From Raillietiella orientalis (Eukaryota), in contig JAYWIR010000036.1 of assembly GCA_036172245.1 (NCBI GenBank), positions 1,860,001 through 1,924,000 of the forward strand: 64,000 bases of DNA, in the 5' to 3' direction. A program made the position numbers and the translations under genes. How positions within the stretch are numbered: the first letter of the stretch is position 1; every line of letters begins with the position of its first letter. The notes beneath the pieces are model-generated. The model saw nothing but the letters and a program-made list of their open reading frames with translations, ran no database searches and was not told the DNA's origin. Positions 34,606 to 48,845 of the stretch are shown piece by piece.

Positions 34606-35799
34606 CTCCAATCTGCTGGTGCTTGCTTAGCTCTTCCTGAAAAAACATATGGATGAGGATTCTGGAGAAGAGGGCTCGAGTTGTCGGCTTCAAAGGAAGC
34701 ATCCTGCGAAGCCCCATGAGTAACGGCCCAACAATCTGCCCAGAGGTGCCACCCCGACCTTGAAAGTTTCACTGCACGAATGACTTCGGCTCCCAGCACG
34801 GGACAAGTTGCCTCCATCCGAACTTGCAGTTCACCTTGTTTCCGAATCTGCAGCACTCCTCTCAGATGAGCGAAAGCGTCTTCGGGAATCGCGTCGTCTG
34901 CAGCGCCACCCGGAAGACTGCTCTGCTGGTACGCGCGAAAGAGGAAAGCATGCTGATCAGCCGGCGTGGGACGAACGGCGACACGGTGTCTAGCATTGTG
35001 TGGCATTTTCCATCTCAACCCTGTGTCGGTGCCCTAATTCGACCAGCGACCTTGCAAGCGCTCCGTCAATTGCGGTTTCTCCGAAACAGAGCTTCTCTTG
35101 AGGACGGGATGTATTCCCGCTCTCTATGCGCAAATCAATAAAGAGGGAGCGACAGTTGGTGCGGATACCCCCTGTCAAGAAGGCGATGTTTCGAGATCGT
35201 TTTTATAGATGAAGCTGACTGGGTCCATCTCCTCATAACCCTTACTTGCATTCCAGGAGTTCAAAAAAGGTGCTATCAGTCCGAACACCACAGGTCCCGT
35301 CTTCGAGCGATGCACCTTCTTTTTCTCATAGCATGCTTTCTGCTTATCCACGATTTGCAGATTGCAGCTTTTGCAGCTTTTCTTGCAAGATGCTTTTCAT
35401 AGGGGTCCAATTTCTTGTGCATAACTTCTGCTGGAGTTAGCTGCTACGTTTCAAGTACGTGGATGGCTAACGTGAATGCCGTCGTTCCAATGTCACTAAA
35501 TATTTGTGAAAATTGGAGCAGTCTTCAATTCAGCTTCACACAGATGGAATGCTGCTACTTCATTTTGGTGTTGCCATGGGTGTGTGCTGGGTAGCCACAT
35601 GGGTGTTTCACCTCTTTCATCATATCTTGTTCTTTAAGAAATTTCGGATGATTTCATTTGTATTTTAGTGCCATAATGTCGACGACCAACGGTTTTCTTC
35701 CTACACTTTTTAGCTCTTACGTAAGTTGTTGCGGCTCAAATACAGAAATCTTGCATCCATATTTACCTGAGTTGAATTCTGAAGCTCAGAAGTCGTCCG

Positions 35800-37300
35800 A
35801 GATGGGTGGTTGCAATCAGTGATCGCCTTAGACTAGCTGAACGGCTGCCTTATCTGGATCTTCAGAGAACGCAGAATGTCCTCAGTCCTAGCTACGATAA
35901 AGATGGAAGGCTGCTCTGATGAGACAGATGGTCTGTTAGCCGAAAACGAAGACGTGCGCCGTTTTGTCATCTTTCCACAAGTGGCAGTACCAATGAGAAT
36001 GCAGAGCTCTATTGCCGCGTTCTTCAGGTGCATTCAGCTCGTGCAGGCATTTCCGCATTCTGTCACATTCATCTGTGGCATTGATATGCACGGCTTTCAA
36101 TCAAATTCTTCCCCAGATGTCGGACTGCTTTCCCTCAACATCGAGGCTTCAACGAAGCATTCTGAAATCTTGGATGCATGCAAATCAGAACTTCTTTCAG
36201 TATACAGAAATTTCATGTAGATGGAGTTCACGGTTTATGGATGGACGCAGAGAATTTGAACGGCTCTTGCTGATGGAGGATGTAATCGCTGTACGCGATA
36301 ATTATGAGCCTGATGTTTCCCTCAGTAGCCGCTGTCGTCTTTGGAGGAGTAAGTTCTTTGTTTCCGGATACGGGGATTGCTGTCGTGGGTTTTCCGAATT
36401 CTATTCAAAGTTTCCTCAGGTTGCCCTTTTCATTACAGAGTTGATATTCTCGTGTATCAATTCCAATTCGGAAACCAAATGCTGATTTTGATGGCGAGTT
36501 GCGCTGAGCAGAACAAGTCTTCGATGGTTCGTTCTTATTAGGCGTTCAGCTCTTCGTTCTTATCTTGTTGACCGAACCGCGTTCTTCAAGAAAGGGTGTC
36601 GAATCACGTCCAAGATATGTAATGGAGGAAAAGGCAGTTTCTGTTTAAAGGCAGCCTCGTGCTGGTTAGTTTTCGGCGAGCGTTCGATCGGCATGAAGTT
36701 GATGCATGCTGCTTCACGGAGATCATGCGAAGTCTTCCGGAGGATCCGCAAATTCAGTGAGCGCATCATCTGAGATCGCTGCAGTCTGAAGCATGGAAAC
36801 TTGCCTGCTCGCTATTCCATGTCTCCAAGATTGTCTGTGACCTCATCGTCTCTGAGATTCTGCAGGACACTTTCCCATAATCAGCTGGATTTTCGGGTTA
36901 TTCACTTTCATTTGAAGGCGGCGGTTGTTCCTTGTAATCTCCTCATTCGGGATCAGTATTTCTCTTTTCACGGTGTTCCCCTAACTGTGGTGGTGGATGT
37001 TCTTCCAGATAATTTGTATTCAAGAGGTGCGCCGGTGTCTTGCAGTTTTTCGTGTCTTTCACATCATGCAATCAACCTTTCCATATTCATGTATGTTCAA
37101 TAATGCATGTGAATGAAGCATTGAGGTGTTGTATATCTGGTGATCACTGCACTCCAGAGTGTTCACTTTCCTACTAGTGCTCCCCTCAATTCTAAATTGG
37201 GTTTCTTCAATACCACCTGCAAGTTTTTCGGTAGCAGGCACGCCATTGATGATGTAGTAAATGGCTTTTCCTCTCAATGTTCCTTGCCTCGTAAGTAGCG
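35800..37300 (-). mobile_element. Possible ancient RTE-like non-LTR remnant
   Basis: Only a linker-like PETKNLLLQRRQ near 36330-36370; heavily decayed. Confidence 0.25.
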
Positions 37301-37899
37301 GTCGATGCTGAAATTGGTCCTCATTAATTTTTCATTCATCTGCCAACAAACTCACGTAGTTCCACTCAGCACGTGGTCGAAGCGAAGTGCCGACCGTAAG
37401 ACGGGTTCGACAAAGACGTGCCGTTTGGGACCGTCATCACTGATCTACTCGTGAATTATCCTTATGAGCTCCAGAAGAGCTGTTTCCGACCTACAATGTA
37501 CAGCAGCATGTGCGCAGAGAAGAAAACTTATTGTGCTTGACATGTATTTGATTTCCCGAAAGCATCATTAGAGGAACACGAAACGAAAATGGCGTGCTTC
37601 CATGGAAAACGAAATGAAATCGCTCCATACGAATCCGTATGTTCCATTCGAAACGCATTCCATAAAGATGTCATGGACTGTCACAGGTGATAAGGTCACA
37701 TGGATGTTCCTAAATTGTATCGGACTGTAAAAATGGCAGAGTTGAAGTCAAACGATGATGCAATTTCCAAGAAACATCCAAACATGACTTCTGCACCATA
37801 GGTGACTTTTTTAAAGTGGTTTCCGGATTGGTGGTTCATTTACTTTTGCCTTGATGAGCCGCAGGATTAAAGAATGTGAAGATTCAGAACTTTGTTCCT

Positions 37900-40050
37900 C
37901 TCAACCACCCGGGTCCTGACAAATTCAACTCGTCCTAGGTACCGTTTGAAACCTAGAGAATGCAGTGCCTTCCTTCCGCAGCTTCATGTCGACTCTTTTT
38001 TTTATTCTCTCTTCGTTTGCACTTTGCCTCCTCGTTTCTTCTATGCATGTGCATACCATGCCTGTTTTTTCCAAAGTTGAGCGCAATCTTTTTTCGGGAT
38101 GCTGCATCCTCTATGTAGTCTTGTTCGTCGTTTTTTCCGTTGAGACTTCCAGAGTATCCGACTGCAACGTTGCTGCGTTGCTGACACGTTGAGAAAAGGA
38201 AGCCGTTAGGGAAGAGCTTGAGAAGGAAGCTGTCGCACGAGACCTGACGTGGTTACGGAGCAGAAACACGTGAGGAGTCTTTGCCGGTTCCCTTTTAGGA
38301 GGGTGGCGAGTCTCGGAGCTTCGACTCTGCTTCCAGAGCGCGGAGGTTCCTGACGAGAAACAAAACGACTGTTCTTTCCCGTTTCCTTTCCTGATCACCA
38401 TCATGCCTACTGACCTTCCAATGCAAAGACTCTGACAAGAAGGGCTGTCAAGCAGCAATGGGAATCTGAATGCAGACAGAGGATGTCTTTCCAGTTCAGG
38501 CGATAATTAAAGAGAGATCATACAGGATCCAGATCTCCTGAGTGCGGTCCTTCTAAACGCCTTCCCATCTCTTCCACTGATTTGCACGTTTATAAATGTT
38601 TGAGTGGAGCCTACATGCTGGAAATGTGCTTCATCAGTGTTTTTATAGTGCGTAGTCAGGCTGCAACCCGGATTCATGAAGGGAATCTGATTTCAATGAG
38701 GAACTTCCTTTTTTTGACGGCTTCCTTTTTTTTGTTTGCAAACTGTTGAAAAATCGCTTGCTTTTTTAAGAAGGCTTACAAATCTCTTTAACGCTGTCCA
38801 CGCCACCCGAGGATGCGTGCAACTCTTCAAGTTGTAGGAGGTAAACCCAGAGGGATCATCTATGAATTCAGGGAGGCTGCGGAGAAAGAATTTTCGTACG
38901 CTTGGTAGGGAGCCACGAAGAACCCTCGCACTGATTGTCCCCAAAGGAAGCTCTTTGCTTTATGTCCTGAGGAGAATGGGATGCTGTCCATTTTCTCTAA
39001 GGATGGCTCCCAGAAGAGTGCAGAGCTCTTCCTGCGCTCTGGGGATGCAACTTTCCTGCAGAAGTACGAACCACCTCCGGGGTACGTGACGAAGCGATGC
39101 CTTGCGATGCTGAAGACAAGACTCAGGTGGAACATTAGGAGATGACGTGAAATAGAGGAGAGGACCACACGTTCCGCCGGTCTCTGCTGAGGGAGGAGTG
39201 AAAGGGAAGAGAGCTGCAGTGAGGACCATGTACGAATTAGCAATAATGTACACTAATCGAGCAGGAAGCAATGCATGCGAAATCAGAAATAACAAAAGAA
39301 GAAGACATGATTGCATCCAATCCTCTTTTGCTTTCCTTTAGGGAGATCCAGCGCCGGATCCTGCGGGATAAAACTCGAAGCCAAATGACAGAAAAAATTC
39401 GCCGTATGCATTGCCCGGAGGTAGAGCGACCCAAGCATCGTCAGCGAGCCTTTCGAATGGGCGACCGACAATCCCGGTTAACCTTAATCGATAGGAAAAA
39501 TGGAAAGATAGAAAGTAGAACTAGGCAACGCCTGAAAACGCATGAATTCGTGCGGTTCACAGAACGAGTTCAGGGCACCAGTAGAAGGAAGGCAATAGAT
39601 GGCTCTCGGGCGGGCACATCCTGAAGAAACCTGCCGGAAATTATTGCTGGATCACAGCTGGGTGTAGAAGAGGCTGTATAAACTGCTGAATGCAGACCAC
39701 AGAAGGCCACACCTCGCCGAGGAAAGCGGAGCTGTATCCAGAAGAGACAGCAAGTTCAGCCTAGCTGGAGGACAAAGGATGGTCAGCCGCCGAAGGAAGG
39801 TGAGCCGTTCCCTGAAATAGGTGAGACGTGCAAGTCTGGAGCAGCTAAAGGCTAAAAAGTCGCCCACCATCACTTTGGCTTCGACCAGCCCAGAAATGAG
39901 GGCAAGACGCTCAGCGTCGCCAGAAAATAGTAGGACCTCCGTTGAGCTCTTCCATCTGGATGCAGGTGTTCTGAACGTCTGAAGAGGGTTCACGAAACCT
40001 CAGGCGCTGGTACCAGAGCGAGCTCTTAGAAGGGAGTAAAGAAGGCATTT
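37900..40050. mobile_element. Very old L1/Tx1-like fragments in mixed orientation
   Basis: Minus KAKSFLWGQSVRG (38.9 kb) resembles RNALWGPARSR; plus IRRMHCPEVERPK (39.4 kb) resembles ORF1 VRRVCP...KVERPK. Confidence 0.4.
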
Positions 40051-40051
40051 T

Positions 40052-41150
40052 CACCCGGTCACGCCCCGGTGTACATTGCAGAAGAATACAAATTTCTAGA
40101 ATAAGTAATTCACGAAGGTACGCAGTGGCAGCACTTCCGAGTGTTTCTGAGGAGTCTCCTTCCCAGAACACCCTCCAGAAGACGCCTGCACTGAGAAATT
40201 AGAAGGAAGGGGAAGAAACAAAAAAACAAATGAGTATTGAACAAAAAAGTACTAAAAGGTTTAAGGATGGAGGGGAAGGGGAAAAGATCACAGACAGCTC
40301 CCTGATGCCTTCTGTACCCTCTCAAGGATTCTGGCAGGTGCCTCCCAGTCATGCCTCAAATGCGGCCATCTCGTCGCGATCCTCAGGAACGAGGAGACGA
40401 AGGAGGTGGCATCACCGTTACTTTTCTGGCACGAGGGAGAGGCAGGAGCTCCCGAACGGCAAGGGCCGGAAGGAAACGGCGGTCGAGCGAACCTATCGGG
40501 CGGGTGCGCACCTGTCCAAGGCCGCCAAACAGCGATTCATCCGAAGACTAAGCGGAAAACTGACCTGAGCAAGCGATCCCATGGCGCAGGAATCGAGAAA
40601 CTTCTCTCCTATGAAAATCCTAGATCAGAGCGGATCTCGAGCCGCTTGTTTCCCGGAAGTAAAGCCGGGAACCATCTGTTTTTGGTGGGTGCTCATGGCC
40701 TGTGAGAACGTCAAGCGACTGCAACAGGACAGGAAGAGCAGAAAGACTCATCTGCCGCCCTGGAAACTTTCCCTCTTGCCATACTCCGAAGCGAATTGAG
40801 ATCTCGGCGGAGGATGCTGGTCTCCTCCGATTCCGCCACAGCGTCTCTTTGCTCCATTGAGAGGAAGATAAGCAGGGTATTGTGCCCGAACAGCAGCAAA
40901 TCCTGTTCAAAAACGTTTGTTTGCCTATTCATCACTATGACGCAACCGGTGGGGAACTCACGTCATCAGCGGGGACGGAAAAAAAATTGAACCGAGGGGA
41001 CACGCACGAATCACGTGAATCAAAAGCAAATGCGAAGGAAAAAACTGATTGCTACCAAAGCGAAGTTCTAAAGTCCGTGGGTCCACTTCACCTTCTTGAA
41101 GCCAATGCAGCTTTCTGCTTCCTGCTATCGCTGCGGTACCCACCGTTAAG
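40052..41150 (-). mobile_element. Old family A 3' fragment with terminal hairpin
   Basis: Ends ccggggcgtgaccgggtg; HLPESLRG resembles HLPESVRK. Confidence 0.65.
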
Positions 41151-43449
41151 CAAAGTTGCACTGAGAAAACTTGTCCATTACGTGCCTGGGCTGGCTTGCT
41201 TTACGAGATGATTACTGCCATGGTGTTGCTGCCCGCTGACGGCTGGAGCACGCTCCATAGCTCTTCCGATAAAGAACGCTTCTGCAGTGTTAGTCAGCTC
41301 TTTGTTTTCATCCGGCTCCTCGGAATCTGATTCATGGACGTAGCTTTTTTCTCATGTGATTGGATGCGTCTGCATGAGGTCTTCTCCCCCCAGCGCACCC
41401 TTGTGCTCTGTGGCATCGACTGGCAACACGGAAATGGATGAAGACACAGTGCTGGACGCTAGATATTAGTTCCAAGGAATTGCCTCTCCCCTCACTCATT
41501 ATGTGGAAAGACGAAAAACTGCAAATTCTGAAAAGCTAAGCTCAGGGTCTGCCCTCTTTGTAGCGGCTGACGATTGATGACTCCTCGGATCCGATCTTAT
41601 TGCAGTTTCCATGGCAAGAAGTAAACTCAACCTAACTGGTCACTTGCAGGCATAAATCCGAAAAGTGCATCCGATCCCAATCGGATGACATCTTCACATT
41701 CTTCGGTGATTCTGAGAGTTCGCAAAAGCAACTGAGTCTTTACTAATCCTCATTGACAAAGCAGAGAAATGACAAGTTGGTTAGTATCCTCGAGTGGACC
41801 TATCATCCCCTCCAAATTGACCTTCGCTTTCAGGTTGGCATTGCTACCAATTGCATGTGTCCCTTTGAGAAAAAGCAACGCATAACCAGTTTCCGGTCTT
41901 CCCAGTTCTTCACGGCTTCAACTCCCTTCTTGAAAAGTGAGGAATTCCTTCTTCGGCATACACTTATCTTTCCAATGCTCACAAAAAATCGACGTGCTCG
42001 CAAAAATGCGTTTCTTGTTCTTGAAAAAGTATGGGAGTGTGGAATTGCGGGTCACAAACGCCGAATGCAAACTTTCCGTTTTCTGACGTTCCCGCCGTAA
42101 GAGAAAATGCCAAAACAGGAATAGAATCACCTCGGTCTCGAGCAACTTCTAAATGCACTGGAAGGGAAGAGACTACATCGCAAATTTTCATCCTCTTCCT
42201 CGTGTTCGGAATTTCCGATACCCTCAGGACTTCCTTTCTCTCATAATCACGCACTAACGGCCACGGAGCATTCAATGGTCTCTCCTCCACGATCAACTCT
42301 TCCTTGCTTGACGAAGAATGATCAAGACTCAATCCGCCCTCTTGCCGTAGCTATGGAGTTCTCCACGATATCGGAGGAGCCCTAGTCGGGCGCGTTGACG
42401 ACCTGGTCGTCAGTGTTTGGAGAAATCGCTCATTTGCCGAAAGCACATGCGTACAGAACATCGCGTGTTGGAGTCGAGAAGCGCACCATCACGTGATCTT
42501 TAGAAATGTGTGGTGGATGGGAGAGCGAACTGGGAGGGTGTGATGTGCCCAAATCGCCTGCAATACACCTTGACATTACTCTCGGGACGAGTCTTCTTGT
42601 CTCGGGACAACCGAAACAAGAAGTCAGCATCAGAGCCGCGAAAGTCACCTTTGCGTGCATGCGTTCCATATCTCTTTCTACGCTTTCATCATGACAGCAG
42701 TGCCAACCACTAATGGAGCTGCACACCATCCGTATGGAACTTTCGCGTGTCTGCAATGACCCTGCCTCACGTACGTTTACGTGCATACGAATTCCTGTTC
42801 TTCGCATATATATGATGTATATGATCTCTGTGCAAGAAGATTTGTTTCCTTGCTTTCATCGGCTCTGCTTGTTTTGCAGCGATCGTTTTCACATTTCTAT
42901 GAAATTCCATGTTGGATTCCAAGTATTCCTCTTGTGAGAGGCATATGGGAGTGCTTGCACAAATCAAATGCCAGGAAAGATTGCTTTCCAAACATGGCAG
43001 TGGCTTGACGTTGTTCCTCAACACTCTGCATCGGTATGAAATCAGATAAAATGGGTGAGCCGTTCGCGGAAACGGAGCGAAACATCGAACCAAAGTGAAA
43101 GTATTGCACAGGCGCTTGCTTCTAGCAGCCCTGTACAGGAGGAATCCACTCTTGGTGGCTTTCATGCAAAGGTGAAGTATCACTGGCTGCAGAATCTGCT
43201 TCTTGGGGAGTTTGACGGAGATCAAGGAACCAACCGGTAGCCTCACAGTAGAACTCTCCGTCTTCGTAGTGCGCTCTACACTCTCCACAGCAATCTGTGG
43301 ATGGAGCTCCCATTGCATGGATGCCACTTCTTTTGCACTTCGATTAAGAGTGCTCATCTTAACAACTGGAGACTCCTCATCCAATAAACAATACGCCTCT
43401 CCGGCGTCTGCAACTTCTTCCAGCAGAATCTACGGGAAATCCATGAAAG

Positions 43450-43900
43450 ACCTATAAACTTCCAGGACGGCATGGTTTTGCACGCTTTCAGCATTTCAGC
43501 ACTCCTGTTGACCAGATCTGCTTCCGGCTGCAGCAGATGTTCTCTGATGACGTCGTCCGATCCAACCATGAAAAGAATAAAGAACTCTCTCTTTCATTGC
43601 AATTGCAGGCTGTCTGCTATTCAGCATTCGACTCAGCGGCTTGTTCCGCAGGTGGACCGATCAAAGAGGTCAGTAGCATTCAGCCATCCATTCAAAACCT
43701 CGAGACATTGGACGGTTCCAGAGCATCAAGGCTTGATAATGCCCCGTCCACATCCCACCGTGATCGCTGAGATAACACAGCCACAGGGTTTTTCAGAATC
43801 AGAGCCACAGCAGTTTTACTCCGAGGTCAAATTTCCGTTTCTGAGTCTCCAGTAGCGTCGAAGTACGCTTTTCGAGCGCGAGTCTCGCGTGAGATGCAGC
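43450..43900 (-). mobile_element. Possible Gypsy-type gag remnant
   Basis: FMVGSDDVIREHLLQPEADLVNRSAEMLKA resembles the gag motif GxxDxxIRxxLL...A; weak. Confidence 0.25.
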
Positions 43901-45207
43901 ACATCATTCACTGCCCCACCCAAAGCAAAGTGCAACTGCAGAAGTCAGTGCTGAAGAATGAAGCAGCAGCTTTCCATCGGAGGTATCCAAATGAATCCGC
44001 AAACGGCGGTGCTTTTTAGATTCAGTTCCAGATGTTGCTCTCCAGCGGATTCCTATGGTGAAGTTGAACCTTTCACCTCAGTGCTGCAGTACATCTCTTC
44101 CACACTCGCAGGGAACGTTCTTCGTGCATCGGACGCGCAACCCGTTTAGCACCTCTGGACGCCGTAAGTGCAGTGTACCAAACACCGGAATTTTCCTGCT
44201 GTCGTCGGTACACTGTGTGTTTCGTCAGCTATGCCTGCTCACTTGGGTCACATCCACGCAGAAGGATTTCAAGTGAATCCGCTGACACCTCAGCGATGCG
44301 ATCCACTAGTGAAATGAAAAGCCGTCATTTCGGTTATGTATCAGGGTGGTCACAGCATTTCCGTTCGACGTCTGCGCCGATGAAGATTGTAATGAAGGGT
44401 GTGATGACATCCCATCCGGCCAGAGGGCAAGGTGCAATGACGGTGTTTCTCCTTGTGGCAAGCAGGAGAATGCTGCCACCTCCCATTCGAAGGTGGTGAA
44501 TGTGCAGCCTTCATAGAATGGAAGGAGCGTTTCAGCGTGAGCAGCGCTCGCAAACCTTACGAAACCTCCATATTATATGCTGACCGCAAGAAGAACTGCA
44601 ATGAAAGCAAATGTGACTTTCCCTGGAGCTTTGCGAGTGGGATGGCTCCGTAATGTAAATATGATTGCCCGGAAGGAAACCAACACGTGGACCGTTGTGC
44701 GTTTCCTCTCGTGGCAATGCACGTGGCGTTTTCTTTGCTTTCAGTCATTCTGTGTCACTCTGCTCCGAATAATTCCCAACTCTCTTCCTTTCGAAGGCTT
44801 TGAGCGTTTGTTTCGTCAATCAGTGCGGCCTTATTCGCCATTTGTAGCCTTACTTATTCATTCCTTCTTGGTTCTTCTCTGTACGGTACTAGGTTTGCAG
44901 TCCACACTTGGTAATCAGATTCCAGTGCTGCAGGGCGTCATTTGCAAATCTATGCCACTTGCAACACTGTGCGGGATCGCCTTCCTTCTCTCCTTTCCAT
45001 GGGTTCTCCGTTCTCGCATGCTTCCTTCAACCCAGCACTTCTTGTATCTGTCTCCTTCCATGGAGCACGAGGGCTAGTTTTGACTGGCAAGCCTTTGCGA
45101 GTGGCGTTGAAAATGGCCAGCAACACTCTTGCATAATTCACCGAAATTTTCCAACTCTCCCTGTTTCCTGCCGAGGAGCTTCCGCTTCAAGTATTTCAGT
45201 TTTCAGT

Positions 45208-45226
45208 TGCGCAGTGTGCACTTTTG
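45208..45226. repeat. 19-bp direct repeat, left copy (probable target-site duplication)
   Basis: tgcgcagtgtgcacttttg, exact match to 50401-50419. Confidence 0.85.
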
Positions 45227-45397
45227 ATTTCCCCAAGTCCTACTAGGGGTAGGGTGAATTTATTTTCTTTTATATTCATGCTACAATTTCATTCATACAA
45301 GTTACACAGAAAAACTTCACTTCACTTCACGAGTGTTCTCTTGAAGTCTATTTCTCTGAAAGTTCACTGCACTTATTCACCTGAGCGCCGTTTGAGC

Positions 45398-48300
45398 CTA
45401 GATGCTGCCTTCAATCCTTCTCAGGATGTGACGGTAGTTCCAGGCCTGGACTCTTCCATAGTTCCTGACGCCGATCTCCTTCTGAATAAGCCCTTTCAAG
45501 ATATCCATCGGAGATACGGCAGTCCTGGTGGTCTTGATCTTCCACCACCGCACAAGAATGGAGGTGATGAAGAGGGCGATGGTCACTCTTACCATTGGGT
45601 TACAGCAGGGAACAGTTCCATTTCCTTGGAACACATCTGCCAAGACCGCAATGGTCGAGTCATTGGGCAACCCGATGACCCCTTTTGGGGTATACCACTC
45701 GGTTTGCAATGTGGGCAGATCAAAACATGAAGTCTTGTATCGATGCCGCCGCATGCTCTGCAGATTTCTTCTTCCCTTTTGCCCGTGAAAAACTTCATTC
45801 TGGATCCACTCAGGTGAGTGTCCGGTGGCAAGTCACTCCTTCAGAGCACCGTTCCAATCGCTAGTGGATTAAATCCACTGCTGGCGTGGCGGCCGACGGC
45901 TTCTTGGAGGACACTAGGGTCTTGTTTGACTATCAGTCGGCGTATGTTGTTCTTGGTTACCCTGGACCACGCGAAGTTGTTAAGGTTTCTCCAAGCTTCG
46001 CGGGTCCTATGGATGAAGCTGCCAGAGATTTTTTGGACGTAACGGAGCACCCTGGAATGGTGTAGGTATCGCTGCCGTCTCCATGTCTCAGTGGCTTTCA
46101 AACTCTGGACCGCTAGCGTATCCAGCTCCTCGTGTCATCTTGCACGGGAAGCATCCACGGGATAACCAGGATGGATTCCTCCTGCCAGAGTTCTTTGCTT
46201 TTCGGGATGATCTTGATTTGTTCTTTCCTTATTAATTGCTGTTTTCTCCGCCATGTTGGGTCAATGGTGGACCATTCGCCCACTCCGCCGTGTAGCGCAG
46301 TCATCAGGCCTCTCGAGTTGTTCAGCAACAGCGAGTACGCCCTGTGCGCTGCGTGCGGCCAGTCGTCCCAGTTGGAAGACATGTACAGGATTTGTCGCCT
46401 GTCTATGATGTCCACGGCGTGTGCAGGAGACTTCATCCCGGTCCGACCTTCTTCTTTAGGGCAGCATAGTGTTTTGAGGCATACTCTCGGTCGGTATCCT
46501 CCCCAAAGGGTCTTCCTCTGAAGCTTTTCCACCTCTCTCTTGGTATCTTTGAACATTCTGTAGAAGGCCGCGCCGAAGAGTATCTTCGGAAGGAGTACTC
46601 CGTTCCAAAGATTAGCCCTCTTCTTCATCTTAAAGTCCGAGCGGGTTTATTCGCTCCTTCTGCTGCTGCTTTCCCCAGAATTTCTTTCCACAGTAATTGA
46701 AATGCTAGTGTTTCGCCGATGTGGACACCTACGTACTTCACATGATCCACCGTGCGGAAACCTGCCCTTGTACGAGTGGAGAGGTCCAGGATCCCGAAGG
46801 GCAAAGCTGGCTTTTTTGGGCATTGATTCTTAAGCCCATTCCTTGTTCCATTAGCTCCACCACATGCAGAAACCCTCGCTGATCTCACTCCCCTTTTAGC
46901 AAGAAGAGAAGATCATCTGCGTAGGTTAGATGGGTGAGCTTTTGTGTATACATTGCTATTCCGTGGAGTTATCCACTTCTCTCGATAAGCGACGAGAGGG
47001 CCTCCATGTAGATGACAAACAACATCAGACTTTCCAGCATCGCCCTGGCAGACTCCGCGTTCCATCCGGATAGCTGTTATCATTTCACCATTAATCTTGA
47101 AATTTTGTTCTTCGAGTACCATCTTCACGAAGTTGCCGAAGTATTTTTGGAGCCCCAGTTTTCCTAGAATCTTCAGCAGCATCCCGTGGTTCACCGTATC
47201 GAAAGCCTTTTCTATGTCAGTGAAGCCCAGTACCAAGTTCTCGCCGATATATCGGCTGAGTCCAATGGTAGCTTGAGCACACTTGACATTGTCCGACATG
47301 TGGCGTCCAGACACTGCCCATGTCTGGACCGGAGAGATCAGCTTTGGCATGACCTTGCCTAAGCGGTTGGTCCAGATCTTCGCCAACCACTTGGCATCGG
47401 GGTTGAGGATCGAGATTGACCTCCATTGGGTGACCTGCGTTAGGTCACCTCCTTTTGGCAGCAATTCCATCCTACTCTCGTAGAAGGATTGTGGTAGTCG
47501 TCCTTCTTCCCTGATGCGTAGCGTCAGCTGGTGGAAGAAACGCTAGTAGGCATGCAGGTACCGTTGATAGTGTGAGATTGGAACACTATCAGGGCCCACT
47601 GCCACATCCTTGCGAAGTTCTTTGAATGCAGCTTTCACTTCTTCCTCGGAGATTTCCTCTTCCAGCATTTTTCTATTTTTTTCATCAACTCTTCTTTCCA
47701 GATGTTTTAGAAAACTATTTTGATACGACTTGCACAGATGTCTGCGTCGGAAGTGTTCCACGTAGTGCCTTTGGAAGGCTTCAGCGATATCCTCCGACGT
47801 GCGCTTGGCTTGACCTTCGTACAGGATACAGAAGATATCTGTTGCCAGATTCCTCTTCTCCAGCACACCGACTTCTCCCTTGATGTTTTGGAAGACGTAC
47901 CGACTATCGTACTGTTGCCAGTACTTTGAGAGGGAGCGATCTCGAATGTTCAGCTCCAGGAACGCTTCCTGCCTCAATCTCTTGTCACCGAACTGCATGT
48001 TGCAGAAGAGGTTCACTCGGTGTTTCAAGCTATCCCAGTCGGCGACTCTGCTGACGATGGTCGTCCGCAGAATCGCCTCTGTAAGCTCTTGGTGGTAGGG
48101 TAGCATTTCGAACCAGGCGGGCATGCTGATGAGCGCCGCCCTGGTGGCCTTGTTCCGTCGAGGATTCTCTGTGCGGAGGGAGAACCGAACCAGGGGGTGA
48201 TCGGACACAGGGTTGGGCGTGTCGCGAAACCCGAGGATGCGGTTCCCTATGTCAGAGCTGTAGAGGACGTGGTCGATCGGATTGTGGACGGCTGTTAACC

Positions 48301-48836
48301 ACAGCAGTCCGAACTCGTCTGACAGCCGCCGACACGCCGTCCTGCCTCCGGCGTCCCGGGAATAGATAATTTCGTCCGGGATGTTGAAATCCCCCACGAT
48401 GATAACGATGTCCTTCGGTGCGACCTTCTATCGGAGGGCTTCATGAAGTGCCTCCGCGCACCGGTGCTTGTGTTGGTGGGATCCGTAAACGTTCACCAGG
48501 AACAGGTGCACGTTCGCGGACCAGGACAACCGTACGGCGACAATCCTTCCGGGAATGGGCAGAAGGTTTCCAGGATGGTGTGGACGAGCTCGTTCTTGAT
48601 CGAGATCGCCACACCCATGGTGTACGTCTGTCCCTCGCTGGTAAACAGTTTGGAATTTAATCGCCTTTCCAATTTGAGGCTGATCTGCTGCCCCATCACG
48701 TGGGTTTCTTGCAGGCATACAATGTCGTAGTGCGCGATGGTCAGAGCAATCCTTTTTCTTCTTGCCTGGTCGGTGAGCCATTGATGTTCCAGGAGGCGAT
48801 CTTGACTCTCCTGGTGGTGGACAAGGATGAGGCCAT
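45398..48836 (-). pseudogene. Family C ORF2 (APE-RT-zinc finger), frameshifted
   Basis: IASWNING, CLQETH, GDFN, IDHVL, SDH; LPKGGDLTQVTQWRSISILNPDAKW, DIEKAFDTV, GVCQGD, YADDL, KYVGV. Confidence 0.92.
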
Positions 48837-48845
48837 CAAGAGGAT

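Noticed and set aside
34602..35200. Minus-strand ORF or weak RT-like GQIVGPLL motif
   Set aside because: Too degenerate to assign by eye.
41200..45200. Several 100-200 aa ORFs as host genes
   Set aside because: No recognisable motifs or consistent exon structure; probably decayed repeats.
45226..45236. gatttccccaa as part of a U1 snRNA target
   Set aside because: Only 11 nt resemble U1; the flanks do not.
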